NCBI GenBank assembly: GCA_963515985.1 | Contig: CAUQAL010000001.1 | Span: 2,357-66,356 of the forward strand | Length of the DNA: 64,000 nt | Direction of reading: 5' to 3' | From: an uncultured Granulicatella sp. | GTDB lineage: Bacteria > Bacillota > Bacilli > Lactobacillales > Aerococcaceae | Shown: piece after piece, positions 10,938 through 20,644 of the stretch | Layout of the letters: each line of letters starts with the position of its first letter | Numbering within the stretch: the stretch's first letter is position 1 | Translations under genes and position numbers: made by a program | Notes under the pieces: model-generated | Told to the model about the DNA's origin: nothing | The model's database searches: none | The model's input: the letters and a program-made list of their open reading frames with translations, nothing else

Positions 10938-11687
10938 CTACTTTACTGTAATATATTTTTTTCCTGAAACTTCTATCACTTCGATATCAATTTCATATAA
11001 TTCTGATAAGGTTTGATTCGTTACCACATCCATGATTTGGCCATAAAACTCACATTTTCCTTCTTTAAAGGCTACTAAATAATCAGAAAAGTTAATTGCC
11101 ATATTTAAATCATGCATAACAATAACGACTGTTTTATCCAGATTTTCTACCATATAACGTAGTAGTTTCATAATTTCTACCGCTTGTTTTAAATCTAAAT
11201 GATTTAATGGTTCATCTAATAAAATAATTTCTGTATCTTGAGCTAATACCATTGCGATAAAAACTCTTTGCATTTGTCCGCCTGATAAAGTTTGTATCGA
11301 ACGTTCTCTTAACTCTAATAAATTCGTATGTTTTAATGCTTGATCAATCATTCGATAATCAAGTGTCGATAACTTTCCTTTTGAATAAGGATAACGACCA
11401 AAGCTAACTAACTCTTCTACTGTTAAAGATACTTGAAATGATTGATTTTGTTTTAAAACGGATAATTCTTTTGCGAGTTCTTTTGAATTCCAAGCTTCAA
11501 TTTCTTTACCTTTAATCCATAATTGACCAGAATCTTTCTGTAATAATCGACTCATAATGGAAACTAAAGTCGATTTTCCTGCTCCATTTGGTCCGATAAA
11601 AGCTGTTAACTGATTTTTTGGAATCGTTAATGAAACGGAATCGACAACTACCGTATCATATGCTTTATGAATATTTTTTAATTCCAC
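10938..11687 (-). CDS. Iron-siderophore ABC transporter ATP-binding protein (YclP-like)
   Basis: GPNGAGKST, LSGGQ, LLDEP; FGRYPYS. Confidence 0.92.
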   Translation of the reverse strand: MELKNIHKAYDTVVVDSVSLTIPKNQLTAFIGPNGAGKSTLVSIMSRLLQKDSGQLWIKGKEIEAWNSKELAKELSVLKQNQSFQVSLTVEELVSFGRYPYSKGKLSTLDYRMIDQALKHTNLLELRERSIQTLSGGQMQRVFIAMVLAQDTEIILLDEPLNHLDLKQAVEIMKLLRYMVENLDKTVVIVMHDLNMAINFSDYLVAFKEGKCEFYGQIMDVVTNQTLSELYEIDIEVIEVSGKKYITVK

Positions 11688-12654
11688 TACGGTACCTTCC
11701 TTTCAATAACAATACAAAATATAATAATCCTCCAAACCATTCAATAACAACACTAATTGGAATATTAAGTTGGAAAACCTTCTCAATAACAAGTTGCCCT
11801 CCTAGTAATAAAATACTTCCTAATAAAAATGCGATAGTCCACATTTGTAAGTGTCGGTAATCTTTAATCCATTGATACGTTACATTAGCAATCATAAATC
11901 CTAAAAATTGCATCGGACCTACTAATGTTGTCGATAGACTTGTTAGTAACACAATTACTAATAAAATCCACTTCTCTTCTTTTGCTACATTTACACCTAG
12001 TATTTGTGCTTGAACTTTCCCAAGGTGAAATACATTTAACACCATATGTTTTCTTATTAAATAGATTACTGAGATAGCTGTTAATATGACCACTATAATG
12101 ACTAATTCACTTTGATGATGCATTCTTTGGAAGGAGGGAAATAATTTTCCTTGCAATTTATCAAATTCATTTGGATCCATTAATACTTGAACAAATGTAC
12201 TTAAACTTCTAAATAATGTTCCAAACGCTAAACAAATGAATAACAGCATCGAAAACGGAATCGATAATAAATCATTAAAGGCTCGATAAATGAGGAAGAA
12301 AAAAATCATCTGCAACACAATCGTAAACATTGAAATCCATAGATTTGGCGATGTTTCCATTCCTAGACTTAATTGTCCCCAATAAACCAACGTTTGAAAT
12401 AATACAAAGACACTCTCAATTCCAAGAACACCCGGTGTTAAAAATCGATTTTGTACAATTGTTTGGAAACTAATGGTCGATATTGAAACACATAAACTAA
12501 CTAATAAAATGACTAACCATTTTAAAACTCTCTTTTTAAATAAAAGAAAAGAAAATTTTCCCATATTTCCGATTGGAAAAAATAAGAAAATAGCACTGAT
12601 AATAAGTAATAAGCTTACTAGTGTAATGGTTAATAGAAGGGTTCTTTTCTTCAA
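11665..12654 (-). CDS. FecCD-family iron-siderophore permease (YclO-like)
   Basis: FQTIVQNRFLTPGVLG, VGPMQFLG; hydrophobic. Confidence 0.9.
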   Translation of the reverse strand: MKKRTLLLTITLVSLLLIISAIFLFFPIGNMGKFSFLLFKKRVLKWLVILLVSLCVSISTISFQTIVQNRFLTPGVLGIESVFVLFQTLVYWGQLSLGMETSPNLWISMFTIVLQMIFFFLIYRAFNDLLSIPFSMLLFICLAFGTLFRSLSTFVQVLMDPNEFDKLQGKLFPSFQRMHHQSELVIIVVILTAISVIYLIRKHMVLNVFHLGKVQAQILGVNVAKEEKWILLVIVLLTSLSTTLVGPMQFLGFMIANVTYQWIKDYRHLQMWTIAFLLGSILLLGGQLVIEKVFQLNIPISVVIEWFGGLLYFVLLLKGRYRSGIKKYS

Positions 12655-13616
12655 CGAACTCTCCCCCTTCTTTGCGAGCTAATTCTTAAGATTTGACTAA
12701 TTAAAAGTACTGCTCCAACAATCCCTAAAATCAGACTAACTGATACTTCATAAGGCGGAATAACTAATCGAGCTACAATATCGCATGCTAGAACTAGTAC
12801 TGCACCTAATAAAGCTGTTTGTGGAATGGTCTTTTTTAAATCATCTCCCGATAAATATCGTACTAAATTTGGAATAATAATCCCTATAAAAGGAAGTGAA
12901 CCTACTGTTATCATCGTAACACTCGTTGTAAGTGAAACGAGTAATAGTGTTAACCATTCTAATTTCTTATAAGAAATTCCTAAATTCAAACTAATCGATT
13001 CTCCTAAATTAGCAATCGTATAAACATGAGCTAATTTCGTAGAAATAACAATAATGATTAAACTAAAGAATAACCATTCGTATTGGTGAGTTTGAATCAT
13101 GGAGAAGGATCCTTGTGTCCATGACGTTAAACTTTGTACGAGATGAAATTGATACGATATCATATTGGTAAAGGCTGAAATCATTCCACTAAAAATTAAT
13201 CCTACTAAAGGAATCATCCACTTCTCTTTCAATTGTAAAGATTGCTGAATCATAATAAAAACAATCGTAAGTGCAAATGAACAGATAAAAGCACATAGCA
13301 TTTTCTGAAATAAGCTAGGTCCATTAAAAAAGAATAAACTTAATAGTAAGCCTAATTTCGCTGCTTCAGTGGTACCAATTGTACTAGGTGCTGCAAATTC
13401 ATTTTGCGTCATTGTCTGCATTAATAATCCTGCAATACTCATTGAACTTCCAGCTAATATCACACTCAATAGTCTTGGAACTCGAGATAACCAAAAGACT
13501 TGTTGCATTTTAACATCTTGTTGGATAAATAGTTCCCAAGAAAATGTTTGTGCTCCAACTGATAAAGATATTAATGATAGAATGAGCAAAAGGATGCTTA
13601 AATGCTTAAATTTCAT
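12651..13616 (-). CDS. FecCD-family iron-siderophore permease (YclN-like)
   Basis: SRVPRLL, MQTMTQNEFAAPSTIGT, VGSLPFIG. Confidence 0.9.
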   Translation of the reverse strand: MKFKHLSILLLILSLISLSVGAQTFSWELFIQQDVKMQQVFWLSRVPRLLSVILAGSSMSIAGLLMQTMTQNEFAAPSTIGTTEAAKLGLLLSLFFFNGPSLFQKMLCAFICSFALTIVFIMIQQSLQLKEKWMIPLVGLIFSGMISAFTNMISYQFHLVQSLTSWTQGSFSMIQTHQYEWLFFSLIIIVISTKLAHVYTIANLGESISLNLGISYKKLEWLTLLLVSLTTSVTMITVGSLPFIGIIIPNLVRYLSGDDLKKTIPQTALLGAVLVLACDIVARLVIPPYEVSVSLILGIVGAVLLISQILRISSQRRGRVR

Positions 13617-13630
13617 AATCTCTCCTTTCT

Positions 13631-13651
13631 AATTGATAATCATTCTCAATT
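13631..13651. promoter_or_regulatory. Fur box upstream of the siderophore ABC operon
   Basis: AATTGATAATCATTCTCAATT is a near-perfect 21-bp palindrome with one mismatch to TGATAATnATTATCA; it lies between the putative promoter (TTGCAA...TAAACT, minus strand) and the RBS. Confidence 0.9.
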
Positions 13652-13737
13652 ACATAATTATTAGTTTACCAAAAATTTTTGTGATTGCAATGGGTTTGGG
13701 GAAGATTGGACTTATTCTAAAATAGTAAATCTTGTTT

Positions 13738-13884
13738 ATAGACTTCTTGGGTACAGTAGTATTTGGACGCCAGTAGCCACCTTTGGTGTCTCTTGGCTAA
13801 AAATCAAGCCTATAGTCTTGATTTTTCCAGTAATAGAATCTGCTTCTGCAGATTCTATTACTCATACTACTGTAAGAAGTCTAT
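13738..13884 (-). repeat. Modular multi-hairpin intergenic element, copy A
   Basis: Reverse complement: ATAGACTTCTTACAGTAGTAT-GA-[GTAATAGAATCTGC agaa GCAGATTCTATTAC]-TGG-[AAAAATCAAG actatagg CTTGATTTTT]-AGCC-AAGAGA-[CACC aaa GGTG]-GCTACT-GGC-GTCC-AA-ATACTACTGT-accc-AAGAAGTCTAT. Confidence 0.85.
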
Positions 13885-14067
13885 GGAGGGAACATTCATT
13901 TACTCTTTTTCGCAATTGATTGTATTTCTTTTCTTGTCTGAAATTCTTATATTTAATTCGTTAGCAACGGACTCTAGCTAAACGAAGTCTATGATAAAGG
14001 TTATCTTTTGCTCTTTTTCCCTATTCAAATTTTTTTATTCCTACTTTATTTAGCGTACTAAATAAGG

Positions 14068-14094
14068 TATAATATTCACAAGAAAGCGTTATCA
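14068..14094 (+). promoter_or_regulatory. Putative -10 box followed by a cre (CcpA) site-like sequence
   Basis: TATAAT at 14068-14073; AGAAAGCGTTATCA at 14081-14094 resembles TGWAARCGYTWNCA. Confidence 0.55.
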
Positions 14095-14125
14095 AATTTT
14101 AATTTAATAAATTGGAGGTTTTATT

Positions 14126-14182
14126 ATGATAGTTATAGATCCTCAAAGGTATAAAAATGGAGATACTTTTTATAAATTTTAA
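14126..14182 (+). CDS. Putative 18-aa small peptide MIVIDPQRYKNGDTFYKF
   Basis: GGAGG RBS 7 nt before ATG, downstream of a TATAAT box; below the ORF-track length cutoff. Confidence 0.4.
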   Translation: MIVIDPQRYKNGDTFYKF

Positions 14183-14251
14183 TCAAAAATTCTATTCGAT
14201 CAACTGTTTAAAATCATTATGGAAAGCTTTTTCTATAAAGGAGGAATTTAT

Positions 14252-14350
14252 ATGTCAGGTGTTTTAATTGTTACAGTAGTATTTGCGTTAATTGTTATTG
14301 GATTGATTATGAATTTCAAAAAGATAGTTAGATGGATAAAAAATATTTAA
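14252..14350 (+). CDS. Putative 32-aa single-TM small membrane protein MSGVLIVTVVFALIVIGLIMNFKKIVRWIKNI
   Basis: AAAGGAGG RBS 7 nt before ATG; hydrophobic helix plus basic/Trp tail; followed by a terminator. Confidence 0.65.
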   Translation: MSGVLIVTVVFALIVIGLIMNFKKIVRWIKNI

Positions 14351-14366
14351 TATTTAGTTTCGAAGT

Positions 14367-14412
14367 AAAAAGGTATAAAAGCTTTGCTGTTGCTCTGCTT
14401 TTATACCTTTTT
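14367..14412. terminator. Bidirectional terminator
   Basis: AAAAAGGTATAAAAGC...GCTTTTATACCTTTTT inverted repeat between convergent genes. Confidence 0.75.
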
Positions 14413-14413
14413 C

Positions 14414-14935
14414 TTATACAAATCTTCTATATTTTGATTGGCTCCATTTTACTGAGATCCATCCGCTGAATGTTCCTACGATTACTCCTGCTAGTACATC
14501 TGTTGGGTAATGAACATATAAATACATTCTTGAAAAAGCAATGAGGCTTGCTAAAACGAAAGCCATAATCCAGTACTTTTTCATACGAAGGAAATACAAT
14601 ACACTAACTACTGTAAATGAAATAGCTGTATGCCCTGATGGGAATGAATAATCTAATGGTTTTGAAATTAATAAAGAAACCGCTGAATTAACCTCATACG
14701 GACGTGTTCTAGCCACAATTGGTTTAAGGAGACCATTACACAAAATTGTATTGATTACTACCGCAATAGCTAGCAGAATCCCTAAAGTTCTTGTTTTCTT
14801 ATTCATTAACAAAACTGCAATTATAGCTAGCCAAATGAATCCAACATTTCCTAATGAAGTAATAAAAATCATGATAGAATCTAATGTTGGATTGTGTAAT
14901 TTTTGAAATCCATCAAGAATTTGTAATTCTGTCAT
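14414..14935 (-). CDS. PAP2-family phosphatase (candidate undecaprenyl-PP phosphatase)
   Basis: KPIVARTRP, SFPSGH, SRMYLYVHYPTDV (C1-C3 motifs). Confidence 0.92.
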   Translation of the reverse strand: MTELQILDGFQKLHNPTLDSIMIFITSLGNVGFIWLAIIAVLLMNKKTRTLGILLAIAVVINTILCNGLLKPIVARTRPYEVNSAVSLLISKPLDYSFPSGHTAISFTVVSVLYFLRMKKYWIMAFVLASLIAFSRMYLYVHYPTDVLAGVIVGTFSGWISVKWSQSKYRRFV

Positions 14936-15808
14936 CTATTTAGAATCCTTTTCTTTTAATTTTTGTAATCCTAATACTAATAACAAACCAACTAAAGCTG
15001 CAATTGGTGAAAATGTTGAAAAATTCATAGCTTCTTGTGGAATTTTTAATGTCGTTGGTCCCATTATAATCGCATAAAATGAACCAATCATCATTCCAAT
15101 AATACCATAAATCATTTGACTACGATAATGTTCTAAACAATATTTAATGGCTTTAACTACAAATAAAGCTCCAGCTAACACCCCTAAACCAAAAATAGCT
15201 AAACTTGGAACATATGCTAATTGGAAAGTTAACACTGCTTTTACCGCAAAAACGACTGGAATATAAGCTCCAAAAATTAATAATAAAGTTGAACCAGAAA
15301 TTCCTGGTAAAAACATTGCTGAAATAGCAATCATTCCAATAAAGAATAATTTAATGGAAGCTACAAGAGAAAACTGGCTTAAATCAAAACTGCCTTTACC
15401 TGTACGAGAATTCATCCAAGTAATTCCAGCTACAATCGCTACCCCTAGAAGAATATAAAAAATTCCAATTAATGGTTTTTTCAAAGATTCTTTTTCTTCC
15501 ATCATCATTAAAGGAATGGCTCCTGCAATAAATCCAATAAATAAAGAACTTACTCCATAAATATGTGATTCAAATAATGAAGATAATACTAAAATGGCAC
15601 TGACCATTCCAATACCCCAACCAATTCCTAATTTTACTAAATAAGTAAAAGCTTCTTTCTTCTCCTTTTTACTTCCAAATGCCATATCATGAATAGAACC
15701 AATAAATTGGTCATAAAATCCCATAATAAAAGCTACTGTTCCTCCAGAAACTCCGGGAACACTATCGGCTAATGCCATACAAAAACCATTTAAAATTTGA
15801 CGAAACAT
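14936..15808 (-). CDS. DUF368 membrane protein (undecaprenyl-phosphate translocase family)
   Basis: Duplicated ADSVPGVSGGT and AMFLPGISGS motifs. Confidence 0.92.
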   Translation of the reverse strand: MFRQILNGFCMALADSVPGVSGGTVAFIMGFYDQFIGSIHDMAFGSKKEKKEAFTYLVKLGIGWGIGMVSAILVLSSLFESHIYGVSSLFIGFIAGAIPLMMMEEKESLKKPLIGIFYILLGVAIVAGITWMNSRTGKGSFDLSQFSLVASIKLFFIGMIAISAMFLPGISGSTLLLIFGAYIPVVFAVKAVLTFQLAYVPSLAIFGLGVLAGALFVVKAIKYCLEHYRSQMIYGIIGMMIGSFYAIIMGPTTLKIPQEAMNFSTFSPIAALVGLLLVLGLQKLKEKDSK

Positions 15809-15867
15809 AAGTTTCTCCTTTCATTTATAAATAAAGAGACTAGGCTACTGCCCAGTCTCCATCAATA

Positions 15868-16992
15868 TTAGTCTAAGAAATCTTTCAATTGTTTTGAACG
15901 ACTTGGATGACGTAATTTGCGAAGTGCTTTCGCTTCAATTTGACGGATTCTTTCACGAGTAACTCCAAATACTTGGCCTACTTGTTCTAATGTACGGATT
16001 TCTCCATTTTTGTCTAGACCAAAACGTAAACGTAATACATTTTCTTCACGATCCGTTAATTGTTCTAATACTTCATCTAATTGTTCTTTTAATAATGCAT
16101 ACGCTGTATGTTCAGCTGGACTAGTTGCATTATCATCTTCAATAAAATCTCCTAAATGTGAATCATCTTCTTCCCCAATTGGAGTTTCTAATGAGACTGG
16201 CTCTTGAGCAATTTTTAGAATTTCTCTCACTTTTTCAGTTGGTAAATCCATTTCTGCTCCAATTTCTTCAGGAGTAGGTTCGCGTCCTAAATCTTGTAAT
16301 AGTTGTCTTTGAATACGAACTAATTTATTAATCGTTTCTACCATATGAACTGGAATACGAATCGTACGTGCTTGGTCAGCAATGGCACGAGTAATTGCTT
16401 GACGAATCCACCATGTAGCATATGTTGAGAACTTAAATCCTTTTGTATGGTCGAATTTCTCAACAGCTTTCATTAATCCCATATTTCCTTCTTGAATTAA
16501 ATCTAAAAACTGCATTCCACGTCCTACATAACGTTTCGCAATTGAAACTACTAAACGTAAGTTTGCTTCTGCTAAATCTTGTTTTGCTTCTTGATCTCCT
16601 TGTTGAATTCTTAAAGCAAGATTTACTTCTTCATCCGCACTTAATAATGGAACACGTCCAATTTCTTTTAAATACATACGAACAGAGTCATTAATTTTTA
16701 CATTTGACGATAAAGCTGTTTCGTCTTCTGTCATTTCTACTTCAGGTTCTTTTGCAGATTCTGAAGATAATTGACGACTAGTTGGTCCACCATCTGCATC
16801 TACTACACTCACACCAGCATCTTCGAATTGTTGGATTAATTTATCCATTCCTTCTGCATCTAATTCATATGGAATCGCAATTTGCGCTGATAAATCATCA
16901 TATAAAATTTGTCCAAACAATTTTCGTTCTGCTAACAATTTACTTGTAGCTTCTTTTAGCGTTTGACCATTCTTATTGTTTTCAACTGTCAT
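15868..16992 (-). CDS. rpoD: Primary RNA polymerase sigma factor SigA
   Basis: [48 protein letters not shown]. Confidence 0.98.
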   Translation of the reverse strand: MTVENNKNGQTLKEATSKLLAERKLFGQILYDDLSAQIAIPYELDAEGMDKLIQQFEDAGVSVVDADGGPTSRQLSSESAKEPEVEMTEDETALSSNVKINDSVRMYLKEIGRVPLLSADEEVNLALRIQQGDQEAKQDLAEANLRLVVSIAKRYVGRGMQFLDLIQEGNMGLMKAVEKFDHTKGFKFSTYATWWIRQAITRAIADQARTIRIPVHMVETINKLVRIQRQLLQDLGREPTPEEIGAEMDLPTEKVREILKIAQEPVSLETPIGEEDDSHLGDFIEDDNATSPAEHTAYALLKEQLDEVLEQLTDREENVLRLRFGLDKNGEIRTLEQVGQVFGVTRERIRQIEAKALRKLRHPSRSKQLKDFLD

Positions 16993-17007
16993 CCACTATT
17001 CCTCCAT

Positions 17008-18837
17008 TCATGATTTTTTTAATTGTTTCTGTATATTAATTAGCTCCATCATTAACTGATTTGCTTTCATTTTATCATTTAATAACTGAGCCTCTTTTAA
17101 TTCTTGCAAACATCTTTGATATTGTTGTTTTAAATCTTCTTTTTTTGATAAAAAGTACATTAAGTCATGAATTTCTTTTTCCGTACATTCTTCAGGCATT
17201 TCTAGCCATTCAATCATCGATAATAAATTACGATTCACTGCATCGGATTCATCTAAAAAATTCATAAATTCTTGTACAAGTAATTCTTCAAGATGCTGCT
17301 CACGATAGCTTCTCAACAAAATATAAAATTGTTGATAATCTACATAAGGAAATTCAAACTCTTCATTTTCTCTTGCTAAATAACTCCATGCTTCCGGAGA
17401 ATGTAATAGACGATACAGAAGTTGCTTTTGAGAAACTTCCTTCGGACTATCCTGTGAAATTTTCATAGGACTTGCCGTCCAATCCCCTGTTGAGTGAGAA
17501 GATTGTTGTTTGAATTTTCTCTGAACAAAATTGACTTGACTAGAAATTAATTCTACCGAAATTCCGAACTCATCTGCTAATGATTTAATCGCAAATTCAC
17601 GTTCAATAGGTTTAGAAATTTTTGCTAATTCAATCGTCATTTGTTCTAAAAATTGTACTTTTTCTCGTTCAATTTCTAATCGATATTGTTTTGAAAAATA
17701 TCTCTTTTTAAACTGAAAAACAGATTCTGTATGATGAGCTAATTGTTCAAGATAAGCTTCCGCTCCTCTTTGTTGAATAAACTCATCAGGATCTTTTCCA
17801 GCATCTAAAGATAAGATTGAAATCGTTAAAGCTGAATTTTCTTGCAATAATTCAATTGCCCGATTTGTTGCATCTAAACCTGCCCTATCACTATCATAAG
17901 CAATAATAATTTCGTTTGCTACACGTGATAAGATTTGGATTTGTTCTTTTGTTAATGAGGTACCCATTGATGCTACACCGTTTTTAGCACCAGCTTGCCA
18001 AGAAGCAATGACATCCATATATCCTTCATATAAGACAACTTGTCCTGATTTACGAATCGCTGATTTTGCTAAATCATAATTGAATAAGAAATGTCGCTTA
18101 TTAAAAATAGGTGTTTCTGAACTATTTAAATATTTCGCTTCTTGTTCATCAACCATTTCCTCATCATTAGGTAAAATTCGACCAGAAAAAGCAATCACTT
18201 TCCCTTGTTCATTACGAAGTGGAATCATAATTCGATGATAAAAACGATCGATAAAATCACCATTTCTTGAAATGAATAATCCTGATTCTTCCATTTGTTG
18301 AGGTGTTAATGGAATCTGTTTGATTAAATTCGTCACATAAGTGCGATCTTTTAATGCTAATCCCATTTTAAAGGTTTGAATAGTCTCTAATGTATATCCT
18401 CTGTTTTGAAGATACTCTAAAGCTTTTTCACCACCACGTGTTTGTAATAACACATGTTGATAAAACTCAGCAGCTTTTTCATGTGCTGTTATTAGCGGTT
18501 GATGAGTATCTTGAACCGATGGTCGAGAACTCGAATATTTATTTTCAAATGGGATTTGAGCTAATTCTGCAACTTTTGCTACGGATTCAACAAAAGAAAG
18601 TCCTTCAATTTCTGAAATAAATGAAAAAACAGTTCCTCCTCTACCACAACTAAAGCAATGATAGATTTGTTTTTCCTCAGTTACTGAAAATGAAGGTGTC
18701 CGTTCATCATGAAAAGGACAATGGCCAAAATAGTTCTTCCCTCGTTTTTTCAAAGAAACATACTGACTTACAATATCGACAATATTTACTTGCGATTGAA
18801 TCTGATTCAGCGTTTCTTCAGGAATGACTTGACTCAT
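17008..18837 (-). CDS. dnaG: DNA primase
   Basis: CPFHDERTPSF...CFSC zinc finger, KYLNS, EGYMD, AYDSDRAG TOPRIM domain. Confidence 0.97.
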   Translation of the reverse strand: MSQVIPEETLNQIQSQVNIVDIVSQYVSLKKRGKNYFGHCPFHDERTPSFSVTEEKQIYHCFSCGRGGTVFSFISEIEGLSFVESVAKVAELAQIPFENKYSSSRPSVQDTHQPLITAHEKAAEFYQHVLLQTRGGEKALEYLQNRGYTLETIQTFKMGLALKDRTYVTNLIKQIPLTPQQMEESGLFISRNGDFIDRFYHRIMIPLRNEQGKVIAFSGRILPNDEEMVDEQEAKYLNSSETPIFNKRHFLFNYDLAKSAIRKSGQVVLYEGYMDVIASWQAGAKNGVASMGTSLTKEQIQILSRVANEIIIAYDSDRAGLDATNRAIELLQENSALTISILSLDAGKDPDEFIQQRGAEAYLEQLAHHTESVFQFKKRYFSKQYRLEIEREKVQFLEQMTIELAKISKPIEREFAIKSLADEFGISVELISSQVNFVQRKFKQQSSHSTGDWTASPMKISQDSPKEVSQKQLLYRLLHSPEAWSYLARENEEFEFPYVDYQQFYILLRSYREQHLEELLVQEFMNFLDESDAVNRNLLSMIEWLEMPEECTEKEIHDLMYFLSKKEDLKQQYQRCLQELKEAQLLNDKMKANQLMMELINIQKQLKKS

Positions 18838-18998
18838 AAACTGCCTCCTTTTCCTGAAATATTAAGGAACTTTTCCTTTTACACATAATATCCCTAATGA
18901 TACAGGATATATATTATCATCAATTGAAAATTGTTTCAACTAATTTAGCTTTTCTATTATAAAAAATATCATTTGATTCTAACTGAAATTTAAAATAT

Positions 18999-19041
18999 AA
19001 AAAACTCAAGAATCGCTACTATTTTAACGATTCTTGAGTTT
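18999..19041 (-). terminator. rpsD terminator
   Basis: AAACTCAAGAATCG...CGATTCTTGAGTTT hairpin with a U-tract on the minus strand. Confidence 0.75.
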
Positions 19042-19060
19042 GATAAATCTAGGAATAATC

Positions 19061-19672
19061 CTAGCCTAATTTGTTATAATATTCAACGATTAATGATTCG
19101 TCAACATCAGATGTTAACTCATCACGTAATGGTAGACGGTTTAATGAACCTTCTAATTTTTCTTCATCAAATGTAACAAATTCTGGACGTCCATATAAAG
19201 ATTCTAAAGATTCTTTAATGATTGTTAAGTTACGTGATTTTTCACGAACACCAACAACATCTCCAACTTGTACTTGGAATGAAGGGATATCTACACGTTT
19301 ACCATTTACAGTAACGTGACCGTGGTTTACTAATTGACGAGCTTGACGACGAGTTGAAGCTAATCCTAAACGGTAAACTACGTTATCTAAACGTTGTTCT
19401 AGAAGGAGCATGAAGTTTTCACCATGTTTACCTTCTTTAATTTTGCCAGCTTTTTTGAATAAAGTAGCAAATTGACGTTCGTTCATACCATACATATGAC
19501 GTAGTTTTTGTTTTTCTTGTAATTGTTGACCATACTCAGATAATTTTTTACGGCTGTTTGGTCCGTGTTGACCTGGTGCGTATGGACGACGAGCGATTTC
19601 TTTTCCTGTTCCTGAAAGTGAAATGCCTAAACGACGAGATAACTTCCAGCTTGGTCCAGTGTAACGTGACAT
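19061..19672 (-). CDS. rpsD: 30S ribosomal protein S4
   Basis: [34 protein letters not shown] before ATG 19672. Confidence 0.98.
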   Translation of the reverse strand: MSRYTGPSWKLSRRLGISLSGTGKEIARRPYAPGQHGPNSRKKLSEYGQQLQEKQKLRHMYGMNERQFATLFKKAGKIKEGKHGENFMLLLEQRLDNVVYRLGLASTRRQARQLVNHGHVTVNGKRVDIPSFQVQVGDVVGVREKSRNLTIIKESLESLYGRPEFVTFDEEKLEGSLNRLPLRDELTSDVDESLIVEYYNKLG

Positions 19673-19689
19673 TGAACATTCCTCCAATA

Positions 19690-19845
19690 ATAAAAAATTT
19701 TTTTTGGAGTAAAATAATTGCGAAACAGTAGATTCGTGCAGTCTCTACTAGGGTTCACCTTTGCAGCCGTGGTTACTACCTTCCTCTTAATGGATAGGAC
19801 TGTTGACGAGCTTCTCTTATTTCTGCTGCATATTTTACACAAAAA
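19690..19845 (-). promoter_or_regulatory. rpsD 5' leader (S4 autoregulatory RNA of Bacilli)
   Basis: About 170-nt GC-richer leader with GCAGC...GGCTGC pairing and GTAA motifs; upstream TTGCAT and TG-A-TACAAT promoter elements. Confidence 0.65.
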
Positions 19846-19882
19846 TTATTGTATCAGATGTTTGAACAAAATGCAAACTATT

Positions 19883-20632
19883 TTATACGATTTCTTCCCA
19901 TTCCATTTGAATATTCGCACATCGATTTCCATCTTGCGAAATTAAATGATACGTTTGTCTTCTCTCTTGATTTTCTTCCCATATAGTCGAACATACAATC
20001 GTTGATTCTGGTAATACTTCTTTTTCGTATTTAATCACAACTTGTTTCAACTGATGCTCATTTAAATAATTCATTCCTAATTCACTAAATGCAAAATCAA
20101 AGTAACGAGCATTATTAACATGAAGATTAGCATCAATATCATTGATTCGAATTTTGTATTCTCCTATTGGTGCATCTGTAAAATCTTTTTTAGGAATTCG
20201 AGTTGCTTTTCTCATTTCTTTTCCAATTGATAATGGATATTCCAACACAACTTCTTCATCTATTGAAACAATTTTGCGTGCCTTCATATCAAGCATTGCA
20301 AATGTCGTGATACATTCAAACAACTCTTCTCTTTCTTTTGAAAGAATACGATATTCACGGTAAGTAAAAAATTTATTATAGCTAATCGCTTGTGTTTCAA
20401 TGATAACTTCTTCATCTACTTTTGGCATACGATGAATCTCAATTTCGTGTTGAATCACGATCCATGTATAGCCCTTTTCATAAATTAAGTTTGGATTTTG
20501 TAATTGTTGTTGTTGCTTTCTAGAAGCTAACATCATCATTCCTAGAGCTTGGCTTAATAATAAATTCCCTTTCCAATCACATTCATAAGGAAGAATTGTA
20601 CGCTCTATTTGGCAAATTACGTCAACCGTCAT
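19883..20632 (-). CDS. Acyl-ACP thioesterase
   Basis: YECD, double hot-dog layout, DIDANLHVNNARY. Confidence 0.92.
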   Translation of the reverse strand: MTVDVICQIERTILPYECDWKGNLLLSQALGMMMLASRKQQQQLQNPNLIYEKGYTWIVIQHEIEIHRMPKVDEEVIIETQAISYNKFFTYREYRILSKEREELFECITTFAMLDMKARKIVSIDEEVVLEYPLSIGKEMRKATRIPKKDFTDAPIGEYKIRINDIDANLHVNNARYFDFAFSELGMNYLNEHQLKQVVIKYEKEVLPESTIVCSTIWEENQERRQTYHLISQDGNRCANIQMEWEEIV

Positions 20633-20644
20633 AGCAGCCTCCTA

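Noticed and set aside
13763..13981. 72-aa plus-strand ORF
   Set aside because: TTG start inside element A, no RBS, no recognisable protein features.
19627..19945. Short ORFs on both strands upstream of rpsD
   Set aside because: They overlap the rpsD promoter and structured leader, which explain the local composition.
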